Source: Camelus ferus (lineage: Eukaryota). From it: a DNA stretch of 64,000 bases. The stretch's first letter is position 1, and every line of letters begins with the position of its first letter. A model generated the notes under the pieces. That model was not told where the DNA came from and made no database searches. It saw only the letters and a program-made list of their open reading frames with translations. A program made the position numbers and the translations under genes. The stretch lies in contig NC_045697.1 of NCBI RefSeq assembly GCF_009834535.1, forward strand, positions 16,866,001-16,930,000. Direction: 5' to 3'. Positions 25,141 to 37,925 of the stretch are shown piece by piece.

Positions 25141-25780
25141 TAATTCCCTCTGGGGCAGGCACTATGCTAAGCACTGGGGAAGAAATAATGAGCCAAAACG
25201 GAAGTGCTCCCTCCCCACGTGGTCCCACCTACTAGGGAGAGGCAGACGCTGATCAAATAGTACAAGAACCAGTGTAAAGCTACAAGCAGAGTAAATTTTT
25301 ACAGGGAGAGGTGCATCGTGCTACGAAGGAGTACAGAACAGAGTAGCGACCTAGCTGGGAAGACTTCCCGGAGAAGGGAAGAGTGAGCGGGATATCCTGC
25401 TTGGGAAGAAGTGAAGATGAAGGTTACAGGCAGAGCCTTTTGTGTGGAGGGACTTTCGTATCACAACGTCTTTTGGTAGACAGATGGAAGTAAAGCTTTG
25501 AGAAAACTATGCTGCTGGAGCCCAGAGAATAAGAGGGAGCATGGACGGGGGGTGAGATGGGTCAGGAGTCAGACTATGGCTGGGCTCTGTCTTTATCTTC
25601 AGAGAATTTGAAGGCTTTGAAGAGATAAAACCAAGGGGGAGAGCAGGGGAGGCAGGATGCTCAGATCAAAAGCAGCGTTCTAGGTGCCAGGTGGGGTCGC
25701 AGTGGAGGGTGCGAGCTGGGAGACCATTCTCGTGGCCCAGGTGAGAAGTGATGGAGAAATACGGGCTCAGGGCTACTCTT
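25140..25780 (-). mobile_element. L2 LINE fragment
   Basis: 'caggcactatgctaagcactgggga...agggagaggcagac...gaagacttcccggagaag...ggcccaggtgagaagtgatgg'. Confidence 0.75.
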
Positions 25781-26566
25781 TTCACCAGCTCAGCCATGCA
25801 GACTTCAGTTCTGCAGTGCAGCCTTCTCGTCCCCTCTTCTGTGCACAGACCTTGCAGTGACATCCTGGGAACAATATCCAGAGAATGAGGTCAGAATATT
25901 CAATAGAGGTTCCTGCCGCAGATGGAAGAGAACCATGAACAGAGCACGCCCGAGGAGGGGGCCTGGAGGGGAAGGAAGCACAACCCGCCCAGTCTCCTGG
26001 GTCCCTCCAGCTGGGACGTTACATGACCAGCCTGGACCCTCCCCTGAACTTTCCGTGCCAACCTACTGTATCACTAGCTCGGTCCTCAGCAGATGCACCG
26101 AAGATCTCACAACCACCTTGGGGAAGATAAAAGTTTATTTGAAGCCTGGAGAAAAAAGAGCTCTTTATTTAAGGGGAACACAAAGGGTCCTTAGGAGCTT
26201 TTTTCTTCTTGGCAGATATTGACTTACAAACCCATCCTACTCCACAGGCTGGAATATATCTATTTCCAGTCCTGGTACCTCTACCCTATGAATTGCGATT
26301 TGATGAAGCCATATGAACAACTAATAATGTCTCAGTGTAAAAGTGCTAGATGTTCTTAGGAAGAGAAAACATAAAACCTCAACCCATGGTTTATTAAAAT
26401 CCCTAGGTAAGCGCAGTTTACAAAGCTAAACACCAATGCCTATAATTCACCCCATGATAATGTTAGCCACAGAGCATCTGCTATCCCTAGCTGCATTCAG
26501 GTCTGGTTGCCCTTCAGAAGTACTGAAGACCCAACTCCTAATGGCTTTTTATATAAAAACAGTCTT

Positions 26567-26576
26567 TGATTGACAG
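26567..26576 (+). promoter_or_regulatory. PBX-MEIS/PREP decamer TGATTGACAG in a repeat-free block
   Basis: Exact match to the established TALE heterodimer decamer, followed by TAATC; function not shown. Confidence 0.4.
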
Positions 26577-27914
26577 AATCTAATCACTGGAAGGGCAGCA
26601 AACAAAAGCTGGGCAAAGCACAGTTCCCTGTTAGTTTTTTTTTTTCCCTTGCAACATCTATAAGCATCTGATCACACAGTTGTGCAATTATTTGCTAACT
26701 GAAGATGTTATTATTTGGTTACTGTCTTAGAAAAATAGTAACCTTTCTTGGCAAAGATAAAAATATGTGGGTTCTTTTCCTGCAGTTTATATATCTTAAA
26801 TCTTAGGCCATTTTTACGGCATCTTTCTTAACTCTCTCATCATTTATCTTCCCATTTTCAGCAAAGGCTAGTTTACTTAATACAGGAAGACCTTCACATA
26901 ACTTTCTGGCATTAATTATTTTGGTGGCACAAACTCCCGTGTGAAATATTTGCTGCAATGTGTCCCGCAGCCTATTAAAAAAAAAAAAAATACAGTGAAG
27001 GAAAAAAAAAAGTAAGGCAACACACTTCTGATGATTATTCACTATGTTGTAAGAATTTTACATAATTGAGTTTGATCGTAAAGCACAGAGCCTCCCTGGT
27101 ACAACCTTGCTTTAGTAAACTAAGATAAACATTTTGAAACTGTGTCTGCAAGTAAAGGAAACCAGAAAGGAAGGTGATGGAGTTTCTAACACCACCTTCA
27201 TTCTCGGGACAGGGTCTGAGCCTGCTCTTGCTAGAGGTGTCTTCTGGCGACGGTGAGAGGATTATGAAGCAGAGTGAGTGACATTAAAATAGCAGAGCCC
27301 TAAATGAAAACTAAAAGCGGTCCTGAAGAGCCAGTCAGCCTGTTAGGATGACCAGCAGTAAGCCCTGCACGTTTCAGGGCTGACAGTGTATCGCAAGCTT
27401 TTTCCTTCTCGCTCTCTCCTTCTTGTAACTACAAACAACTCTCGGGAAACTTCCATCTTGAGAAGAGGTGAAGTGGGTAAAACACACACTGAGTCAATAT
27501 TTTTAAGGGCTAGCTCTGGGTTGAACCTGACTGGAGAGAAACTGACAAGATCTGGGCTTCGGGACACAACACTCGAGTCTGTTTTGGAAGCAGCAGCAAC
27601 CTCCTGCAAACAGACTGTCACTCTGGTCCAGCTGTGGGGCATTTGTCTGTTCATCACCCCTCTGGCGGGAATATGCTTGAAGTAAAGTGGCTGCAACTTG
27701 TCAATTTACCTTGCTGGTGCGTACAAACCCACCTCCACCTCCTCCCTCAATGCCTGCCCTGCCCCTTCTCCTCCTTAGCAGGTAGAAAAGGCAGGGACCA
27801 CGCAGATAGACACCCGCCACAGTGACTGACATATAGTCAGCCCTCAGTAAGAGTCGGGTAGTTGATTGGCTGGTGGAATAAGCAAGTCAAAGAAGACACT
27901 GGAAGTCTCTGATG

Positions 27915-28140
27915 GTTCAGGGGTGGCTGTGGAGCTCTCCAGACTTGAACTCAAATCGTGGTCCCTCACCTATCACTCCTGTGTTCTTGCACAAGGCTTT
28001 AACCTCTGGAAGTTGTAGTACCTTCACTTACAAAATGGGTATACTCATAATACACACCTCATAAAACTGTAGATGAAAAACTCACTCATATGTCAACAAG
28101 CTATTTATCCTAGTACCTGCAACTCAGTGAATATTAACTT
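27915..28140 (+). mobile_element. MIR SINE, degraded
   Basis: 'ccagacttgaactcaaatc...tttaacctctgga...caaaatgggtatactcataatacacacctcata'. Confidence 0.65.
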
Positions 28141-29695
28141 TCAAGGCAGTTTTGTGTAGGCTATAGGATTTAAAGGTGGGAGGAACACAGAAACACCCTG
28201 AAAAACGGAATTTAACAATGCTGCCACCATCTGTTCACTGACTCAGTCCCCATGGCTGATCCATCCATTTAACAAGCATTTATTAAATGCCTGTCATATC
28301 CTTCTTCTGAGAAAGCTACATGGACCCAAACACGATTCCTGCCTTCAGAGAACTTATATTCTAGGAGGAAGACAGATTTAGAGAAACACATCAGGAAATT
28401 TGTAATGTGTCAGAAAATACCAATGCCCAATAATTATTCATTCATTCATTTAATGTATATGTAATGCAATGTCTATGATTGCTTTCTATAAGTCACCGAG
28501 TGTATATAAAAGTTTTTCTGATCACAGGATAATAATTTTTGATAAATTTTAACCTAAAATATCAACAAATGGAGAGAGAAAAGAAATGAGAGCTGTCCAC
28601 ACAGCCTCCTCAGGGCAGAACATTTCCCTAAGAAGCAGAGAAGTGATGAAAATTGTGACTAAGGAACATTCCAGGTTGGGGCAGTGCCCCCAGATACCAA
28701 AGTTAAGATCTTGGTTTTAGAATAATAGAGAGTCCCCATGAGTGTTCATTTTCACTTGGCATCATACAGAAATCCAGAGAACTGCTCAGAACCATCTGTT
28801 CCACTGTGATAATGAGGGGGAGTGGGTTTCTTTGGGGGCACATGCAGGGATGGATGAAGAGCTGGTGGCAGAAGCAAGACTGCATAGTTTTAAGAGCAAA
28901 CGAAAGTGGCCACCATCACCCTGTCTACTATGCCTAAAACTCCAGGCAGCCACCCGTTCTTCCTCCTTTCGACTGTGCAATAAGGCGGCTGGATAATAAT
29001 AGACTTTAAAGTCGGGTCATCTCCTTTTTCAGAAAGGTCGAAACTTATTCCTCCTCTCTGGAGCTTTTGGGCACATGTATCCAGTGTGGGGACTTTACCA
29101 TCCGCCATCAGGACATTGGCTTCCCGTGTTAGAGTCTTCATGGAAACAATACAGCACCAATTATACACCCGTGGACTCAGGAGCACGTGACTCACACATA
29201 CACTCACACAGGCAAATGCATCCTGGGGACCCTCATTCAGGGAGTTAACAGAGCATTTCATTCCCAGGCTGGGAGAGTAAATGAGGCAGTTTAAGGGAAA
29301 CTGCCAAAGTCCCGTGGCTTTCTAGTCCGTGGGCTCTGGGACAGTCACCTAGGATCATCTGAAGGCTGCACAGAAACCGCTCGCTGGTGTCCACAAGGTC
29401 CTGGATTTTCCTTCTCCTCAAACTTCTCTGACCCACAGTCACTACAACCAAAGGTAACAACTCCAGCTCTTTCGTGTTCAGGACCTGAAGACAATCAGCT
29501 CAGAGCCTACAAGGGAACAGCAGGAAGAGGACCAGCTACCACAAGCTGTGGCAGCAGCTTCCAGTGGAACCTGTGGCAACCTTTTCCGTGTGTGCACAAG
29601 CGTTGCTGCTTTAAGGACAACTGGTATCAGGGGCAACGTCTAATTTATTCTGGAGGTTACTGGTTTGCGAAGGTACGGGAAAGCTGCCAACTTAC

Positions 29696-29820
29696 CTGAA
29701 CTGCAGTGATGAGTAATAACAAGGGTTATAATTTACATCCACATTCCGTTTTTAAGTTAATGAAGTATCTAACATGCAATCCAGGCAAAGGCTTTTTTTG
29801 TGCACACAACCTCCTGCTCC
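29696..29820 (-). other. Candidate 125-nt non-coding or poison exon
   Basis: Minus strand reads ttcctattttAG|GGAGCAGG...CAGTTCAG|GTAAGT; stop codons in all three frames; no transcript evidence. Confidence 0.25.
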
Positions 29821-30327
29821 CTAAAATAGGAATCTGCGTTTCAATCACACCTTTCACACTCAGAGGAACACTTACAATATTCACAAGAAAATAGTGATTG
29901 AGCAACTCTTCCTGAGACGGAGCTGTCATCATGTGCTTTGAGGCTTAGAAAGCAGGGACTATTTTCGTGAGGAGAGTCCAGAGTGGTTAAAGCTAAAATT
30001 GCTCATATATGGAAAAGTGAGCCTTTGGAGGGGACAAAAGTCTGTTGTGAACCAGCCAATCTCATCAGGCAACCAGAGAGGTGGTCATTTCTAGGTGAGG
30101 ATGATGCTTTGAGGAACCTATTTAGTCAAGAAGGATAGCTCAGTTCCAAATGGTTGACCTGAACTTATTACACTCTTGACCCATTAATCGGACTAAACAT
30201 CGGATTTCTGCTGTTCACTCTTAGCACTCCCTCCACAGAAAGCATCTCCCTGGACTTCTACCTTGGGAAAATTCTATGGCCATTGTCAGCCCATCTGGAT
30301 TGGACTCTCCTCCCTGCCCCAGGTTCT

Positions 30328-31078
30328 TGTGGTGATGATGAATTTATTGATTTTTCAGCCTGCCTGGTGCTGCCCAGCTCTTCTGCTCTGAAGCTGTGCT
30401 TCGTGACTCTTTCAAGGTCTAGATCACTTGTCTTGAACTTAGGCTTCGCTGACTGCTTCAACTCCAAAGCCCACTATTGTCCCTAAATCTGGTAAAATAT
30501 CCAAAAGGAGAGCCTACCAAAACCTTATGAAATCTTTACTCATTCAGAAGGCCAGATGGCAAGGAAGACTAATGAATGGGACACTATTTTGGAAAATACG
30601 TATGTTTTTGGTATCTTCAAAATACCCAGGGAGTCCCACTGGACTATCCATGAATTCATTTGCAGCCTTCCTTTGGAACCTTGTTTTAATGAATGGGAAA
30701 CAATGTTCTGTGATTAAACAGTTTGTTCTTCCCACGTTTTTGTTTTCACAGATGCAATCACACAATTAATCTTATTAGGAAACCCTTTTGATGGGTTGCT
30801 CATTGGTGAGAGTCACTCACTCAGGCTGCAACTGTATTTGAGCATCAAATACAGGCAAAACTCTGAGTGAGGGACTGTGCATGCAACAGAGAAGACAGTG
30901 ATGGCTTCTGCTCCAGCAGAATTTACATTCCAAACTCTCACCAATTCTAAATTGGCAGAGTATTAGTTAATTTTTATTCTGCCATGCATTGGGTAGTATA
31001 AAATTTTCCTGAAAGTATACCCAGTTTCAGTCCAAGTTCAAGGTGTGCTGAAAAATCAATAAATTCATCATCACCACA
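30328..31078. repeat. Perfect 32-bp inverted repeat pair (30328-30359 and 31047-31078)
   Basis: tgtggtgatgatgaatttattgatttttcagc is the exact reverse complement of gctgaaaaatcaataaattcatcatcaccaca. Confidence 0.95.
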
Positions 31079-31084
31079 TACTCT

Positions 31085-31290
31085 TTTTCTTCTCCCAAAT
31101 TCCATCATCTAAGTCTAGTTCAAACACCACTTTTCAGATGTCTTCCTTCGCCCTAGACACAGTTTGTCTCCTATCCTCTTCTCTTCCATCAATTTGTACT
31201 CATGGTTGCACTGTCTATCAAAAGTTCATGAATGATCATCTTTGCATGCTTGCTGTTCTAATAGACTGTAATCTCCCTGAGGCACAGTTC
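31085..31290 (+). mobile_element. L2 fragment, highly degraded
   Basis: 'catctaagtctagttcaaacaccac...atagactgtaatctccctgaggcacag'. Confidence 0.55.
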
Positions 31291-32119
31291 AACCTCCTAG
31301 GATGGTCCTCTCCAGAGCTCCAGAGCATAAAACTGCAGACAGTGACTTAAGAGAGCAGAGTCAATGTTCTCAAGGATCCCCTCACTGTCCTGTGAATTCT
31401 GTCCTCACCCTTCCACACATGTAGTAGTCATTCTCATTCCTGCTAGAACAAGTTCAATAAACGATTAATTTTTGGCAAAAGGAAATGCAATCATTGAACA
31501 TGTCCCATGCCTGGACATTTAGTCAGTCAATTCGTACCTAAGAAAGTCACAGTTGTGAAGCACTGCTAGGGTGCCAAGAATTAATTACTCCCAAATAAGT
31601 TCTTGGGGAGGAACCAAGTTTCCCTCATCAACATTCAAGGCAGATGCTACCACACAAAGGGAAAGAGGAAGGGAGAGCCCAGAAGTCTGAACAGGAAAGA
31701 GCACTTAAAAAGAGAGTAGGGAAATAAAAGAAATATACTATAGTAGCCACACGCCTTTTTCTACACACGATGCTGTAGGATGACGTTTCTGCAGGGGAAT
31801 GTTCCAAGACTCCATTCCTAGTATCAAGTGTCTGATGTTTCTTAATCTGGACAAGCTAAATATTTTTTTTTCCTGAAAAGAGAATTTCTCCCTGCTGCAG
31901 TAGCAGAATGAACAAATAAGAATAAAGCCAAGTTCACAGCCATGGGTGCAAAATCACCAGCTGAAGCCAGAGGGAACATGAAGGTCTCTCTGAGCCGAGA
32001 CCCCTTCTTTGGTTTCATTCATGGAAGGAGGTGGACGAAGCAAGATGCTGAAGGCACAGGTGGCAGCAGGCACAGATGTGGTCAGACCCACGATCTGAGC
32101 ATGAAGATCTCTTTATGTT

Positions 32120-32704
32120 TGTATTCATTTTCTATCGTTGCATAACCAATTACTAAAACTTCAGTGGCTTAAAAATAGCACACATCGGGCACATCTTAGC
32201 TGGGTGCTCTGCTCAGGGTCTTACAAGGCTACAGCCAAGGTGTTGACCAGGCTATGTCCTCATCTGGAGCTCAACGTCCTCTTCCAAACTCAATCAGCTT
32301 GTTGGCAGCCTTCATTTCCTTAGGGATTATAAGACTGGAACTCTGAGTTCCTAGCGGGTCATTCCCCTCCATAGGCAGTTCATAATATGGCTGGTTGCCT
32401 CCTCACAGCCATGACGGGGGTGTCTGTCTCTTTAGGAAGGACCCAGCCTTCTTTTAAAGTCTCTCACTAACTAAGTCAGACCCACCCAGAATGATCCCTT
32501 TTTTGATTCATTCAAAATCAACTTATTTGTGACCTTAATTACAACTGGAAAATCCTTTCACCTTTGCCTTGTAATGTAACCTAATCACAAAAGTGACATA
32601 GCATATGCACAAGTCCTGACCACACTCGAGGGGATGGGATTATACAGGGCATGTACACCAGGGAGCAGAAATCTTGGGGCCATCATGAAATTCTGACTAC
32701 CACA
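32120..32704 (-). mobile_element. MaLR solo LTR (MLT1E/F-like)
   Basis: 'tgtattcattttctatcgttgcataacc...cagtggcttaaa...gctcagggtcttacaaggct...gaccttaattaca...tcttggggccatcatgaaattctgactaccaca'. Confidence 0.88.
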
Positions 32705-34769
32705 GTGTTGCAATTCTCTTTCGACATGTCCAGTCCCTGGTCATTTCTCAAGCCTGGAAGGAAACAGGAGAAAAGTGATAAGGAAGGGAGGCAGGGATCT
32801 ATTCTGTGGTCAGAATTACTGGACTGAACCATACAAAGTCACCAATAGCTCATCATTGTTTTGGCCAACAGAAATAGTCTACAGCAGACATGAGACACAT
32901 ACGTGTGTATGTATATGCATATATGTGCATATACACACATAGGCATAATCAGATCTAGGTATAGATGCTCTAGACACAGAGAGATCGAGACAGAGATGGA
33001 ATCAGTCTTTTTTCACAAAGGGGAGTCTCCCAAACCACTCAGTCTCTGGGTTACCCATGAAAACTCTTTCCAGTCTGGTGCATATTATGTGTATTCAAGA
33101 TTTCAGTGGTTTTATGGGTAGAATAGTTATTATTTACTCTCCATTTTAACAGATTTTCTCCATTGTCTTCACATTCATTTTTGCAGCCACCATGGAGTCT
33201 CAAGGAAAGAAGAAACAAGAGACAAGTCATTCCAAATCAGGCTCTCGCTTCTAGATAAAGCTTTCTTCATGATTGCCTAGATCTTCAACGAGGCAGAGCT
33301 GTTCTCAGTGCAGGGTGGCAGACATGTGTCTGTGTGTGCGTGAATGTGGTGTCCGCATGTGTGCATACACTCGGGAGACTCTGGAAGGAAATGCCTCCGA
33401 AGTACTTGTCGCTTCTGACAGATGAACTAAGTCAGGTCCAACAGGCAAGCCATACGACTCATACAAAGCTGCGATGAGAAAGCCTTGCTCAAAGCAGGAA
33501 AACAAAGCACAACTAAACTCATGCTCATTTCGTAAGACATCATAAATGAACTCAGAGTAAATATCTTGGGTTCAACGCCAAGAGTTCCTGAAAAAGGTGA
33601 GATGCGCGTCTGTGGACAAGCCTGGTGGCATGAACTGTTTGCAGGCTGGTAAGACCCGCAAGAACGTGTGATTGTGTATACTTTTGGTGGATAAAACCAC
33701 TGTCAACAGAGTGGTACCACAGACTGTGATGTTTGCAGTATGAATAGGACATTATGAACCCCAAGTATCAGAATTCCATCACTCATTTAAGCAGGAAGAC
33801 AGTTTGTAAATGTTCTGAAAAATCAGAGACCATTATTGGAGGTCAATGCTGTTGGAAGCATGACTTAGACTAAAAATCACCAATACCTGGGACCATTTCA
33901 GGGGCTCATGGTAAGTGAAAACTGAACCTTTACCAAAAAGCTGGGTTACTGTGTCACGTGATGGGAATTGGGAAGAAATAGAGAAAGGCAATACTTTACT
34001 TAAATAAATGTTTGAACTAAACAACTAAATCTAACTCCAGTTTTCTTGTGATTTTACGTATGACCAAAAGCAAGTTGTTTCTCTCCTCTCTGTCTCAACT
34101 TCACAAACATATAACAAGTCTTCATTCATTTAACAAACATCTACTGAATGTTAAGCATAGGCTGGACATTGGTGTACTCCTGGTATATTCAGGGAGATCA
34201 GCCATGCCAGAAGGGGCAACACCAGGGAAAGTTATCAGACATTTGTGGGGGAAAAGGAAAACACAGATATGACCCCAGGACAGACCCCTTCCAAATCCCA
34301 GAAGAACCATGAATATATTGTGTTATTGAATGCTAGACATGCACCAATAGAATTTTAAAGTCCTTTCAACTTTTGTTACTGTTCAAATTATGATAAAATA
34401 TATTTAAGTTCATTGTATGATGCCTAAATTTTAAAAAAAAGAATAACAATATGAAAAATACCAGAGAAAAAATGATACTAATAAATCTAAATGGTGATTG
34501 ACTCAGCTATCAGTGGCCTCAAACAACATTACAAGCTGTCCCTAACTGTCTTCTTATCAACTTCTCTGTCTTGAGTCCAGCCTATACAGAAGCTGAGGAG
34601 TCATCTGAGGGATAACTAAAGTTAGCCCCTTTTATTGGTCCAGCCATTGCAACTAGAATTCCCAACGTTCACATTTCTTTCAGGAGAAGAGAAAGGGACG
34701 TTCTGAGAGAGGAGAGTATGGGAACAGGAAGGAAGAGAACAGGAGTGGCAAAGTCACACGACTCCAGAG

Positions 34770-35030
34770 ATCAGGGCAGGCACAGAGATGAACGAAGACC
34801 CCAAAGGATGGGGAAAGACTGTGATGTATTGGAGAATGTGAGCTGCTCCCTCTCCACCTCAGCTCACTGGTGCCATGTGGGAGGTACCCAAGGTGGTCAA
34901 AGCTTCCGATGTTGTTTAAGAAGATAGAAATTTTCATATAAAATCTTAAAGCCCTGGCAACCAAACAAAAAAATTTTGAACAGCTTTTGGATCAAAGAAA
35001 ACAAGCAGGTAGCCCGTTGTGCCATCTGCT
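34770..35030 (+). mobile_element. hAT-Charlie MITE (MER102-like), degraded
   Basis: 'ctcactggtgccatgtgggagg...agaaattttcatataaaatct...tggcaacc'; strand and subfamily uncertain. Confidence 0.5.
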
Positions 35031-36689
35031 AGTAGGCCATGAAACACTGACACCTGCATCTCCTAATACTACGCACAAAATTACAATAACATACAATTCC
35101 TGACGGCTAAGAGGCCTCGGAGGAAATGAATGACAAGGGTAAGTTCTGTTGGGGAAACTAAGATCTCCATGGTCGGAGATGGGGTCAGAAGAGTGGAGAG
35201 GGTTTTGTACACAAAAAAATAAAAATGGTGGTCACCAGAATACAGAAAAGAAAGGCAGATAAGCAGAGATAGAAAGAGACAGCTAGCACAGAAAGAGAGG
35301 GAGAGAGAGGATGGGGATGTGGCGGAAGAGGGAGGAAGGAGCTGGGGGATGGGAGGAGAGGCAGAGAGAGAGAACGCACCAGCACACAGGAACCAGGGAA
35401 GAAAGGAAAGAAGGCAGAAGTGGCCATTTCAGGAAAATAAATATAATTCCTCTAAATTTTCACGTAGAACTGCCTTGCCAGCAAAATAAGTGATAGAAAT
35501 TTTTACTGACAATGCTATAATTTTTTATAACATTCAGCAGACATTATGATGTTCAAATTTTGGGTTGTCTTAAAGTTGAGTGGGACCCCCCCCCCAGAAG
35601 AAAACTCATTATTCCTGGAATTAAATGCTGAACAGATAGAAACAATATTTGAGATATGATGATTTTGAGAAAAACGTAATTTTTCCCTTGCAAAAAACTC
35701 AGAGTTAAATGGATAAAATATTCATAAATACGCTTTAACCCTTTGGAGAAAAAAAAGGAGGGTAATAAGCATCAGGGTTCAATCTTATATGTGAACACAT
35801 ATGTTCCCATCTCAAAAAACAGACATTCAGCTGGAGCCCTGAACTCTAAGGGTCAAGTTGTAACATCATAAAAATGATAAACCTCCATTCATGAAAATAA
35901 TTTTTGATTTATGAGGAAAATTAAGAACTTGGCCCACCCCTGAGGTATGAATATAAACAGATATTTATAGCAATCATGCACTCCTTCCAAACATTATTTC
36001 AATTTTTACAAAATCCATTGGGATTTAGATCCAACTATTTCAATAAAGACTTGATATGAAACTCTTCTCAGTTCTCCTTTTTTTCTCTCTGAACAAGTAA
36101 CATTTTCTTTCCTCTTTATTTTTTTCTTTTTTAACAAGAGTCAGTAAAAGTGTTTAAAATGTCACAAGTTACTTTTTCAAATCTCTATCCAGATAAGTCA
36201 TATTTTGAAAACGACAACTAGTCTCTCCGTACGTAGCAATTTTAGAAAGTTTTATAGCTTATCCAATTTAGTTCAGAGGCTGGATGGGTGAGGGTTTGGA
36301 TGGGGGGTGCAAATAATGCCTTATACTACCCATAAATGCCAATCAACCCCAGTCAGTAGCACAGGTCTCCATCTTTCAAATGTCAGTAAGTCTTCTATTA
36401 AAAAAAATATGTGGGGCTGGGTGACTGTGTAGTTCTCATACTCGTGATCTCATTTTCAAATGTTCCTGATCTTTCATCCCTTGCTTATGTTTTCTGATGG
36501 AGTGACATAACCACCAGCCCACGCAAGCTCACAGCCTGAAATCTCTGAGAAAGTCACACTGACACTGTGACTTTTTTTTTAACCACTAAAGAACAGAGTC
36601 CCCAATGGGGAGCCTTACTCCATTTTTATGTTTTCTTTTTTCCAATCAAAACTAGACTTAAATCAAGAATAGCATGTGAATATTATTTT

Positions 36690-37070
36690 AAAAAACTCAG
36701 ATAAGCAAAAAATAATTAACTCATTAAAACAAAAAATTCTATTCCATCACCCAGAGATACACTTTAGGCATATTTTTGGTGTGTGAAGCTATATTTATGT
36801 TTTTACTGTTTGAACAAACAACAGGATGATACTAGTTTACAACCTAACGTTTTACTTAAATTATTGAGACTACTGTTCTATCAATAAATATCAACCACAT
36901 GGCTCTTAACAGCCAAGTAATAAAAACAGCTACTGTATTTATTTGCCATAATATATTCAGTCAACCTCATTTTTCACTATTATAAACAATGCTGTGAGGA
37001 ACATCTTTCCAACTAAACCTTTGTACACGTTCCTACTTACGTCTTAGGCTAGATTCCTAACAAGAACAGC
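36690..37070 (-). mobile_element. Old L1 (L1ME/MC-like) 3' fragment
   Basis: 'catcacccagagata...ttttcactattataaacaatgctgtgaggaacatcttt...aggctagattcctaa'. Confidence 0.7.
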
Positions 37071-37079
37071 CACAACAAT

Positions 37080-37270
37080 AAAAAATGATAATATATACGA
37101 GGACTTACTTCATACCAGGCTCTAACTAAACACTTTTCATGCATCATCTCATTTAATCTTTGTACCAATCCTGTGCTTTATAGGTTAGCAAACTGAGTTA
37201 TGATGAGGATAAGCAATTTGTCTCAGGAAATGGTGTTACCAGATCTCCCAGGTCTGGTTGAACCCCAATC
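37080..37270 (-). mobile_element. MIR SINE
   Basis: 'ttacttcataccaggctct...catgcatcatctcatttaatctt...aaactgag'. Confidence 0.7.
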
Positions 37271-37876
37271 CCTTTTTATTACCCTCCCACAGCAACCCTA
37301 AGCGTGAAGTTTTCAGCTCAAACAATATTCATGGTTCAAAGCACTTTGATGAGGCTTTCCAAATAGCTCTCCAGTTATACCAATGTCAGTTGTCTGTACA
37401 GAGTCAAGAGAAAGGTCTTCCTGGCTCCCCAAGCCTCTCCAGAAACACCACCAACACAGCCACTTAAACACTGCTTGCAAGTTAGCTTTAGCACCTTAGA
37501 AAATGGTGCTATAAAAGTAAGCAAAAGACGTGGGACTCAAATTGCACATAAAAGTGGTTGCAGATATTGTTTCTTGACAAACAGCCTCTCCAAACCACAT
37601 AAATTGTCCAAAACGTCTTAAACCTTTGCTCCACATCACCCCCATAGGACTGCAATGGGAATACCGCCAAGGAACTACAGGCTAATTGAAAAATCATTCA
37701 CTTGAGATGCAGTAAGGATCATGCTCCATTTCTATGGACGTATATAGAAACTAGAAACACGTGGAGTCCTCCCTGAATGGAGCAACTGGCTAATCAGCAA
37801 ACTCAGAGGGAAATGATCCGCTTTTTCCTCCCCTGCCTTGCTGGACTTGCATTTAATAATTCATGAGAGATGCCAA

Positions 37877-37925
37877 AAACAACAACAACAACAACAAAAA
37901 AAAAAACCAGAACAACAACAACAAA
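37877..37925 (+). repeat. Compound (AAC)n-poly(A)-(AAC)n microsatellite
   Basis: 'aacaacaacaacaacaacaaaaaaaaaaaccagaacaacaacaacaaaa'. Confidence 0.9.

Noticed and set aside
30332..30391. Box C/D snoRNA (GTGATGA ... CTGA)
   Set aside because: No convincing terminal stem or internal C'/D' boxes, and I recognise no rRNA or snRNA guide.
30328..31078. Novel DNA transposon with 32-bp TIRs
   Set aside because: No target-site duplication, no transposase remnant, and the interior holds an ancient L2-like fragment; kept only as an unexplained inverted repeat.
35019..35034. CTCF-like motif (gtgccatctgctag)
   Set aside because: Has a core mismatch and lies at the edge of a degraded MITE; such matches are frequent by chance.
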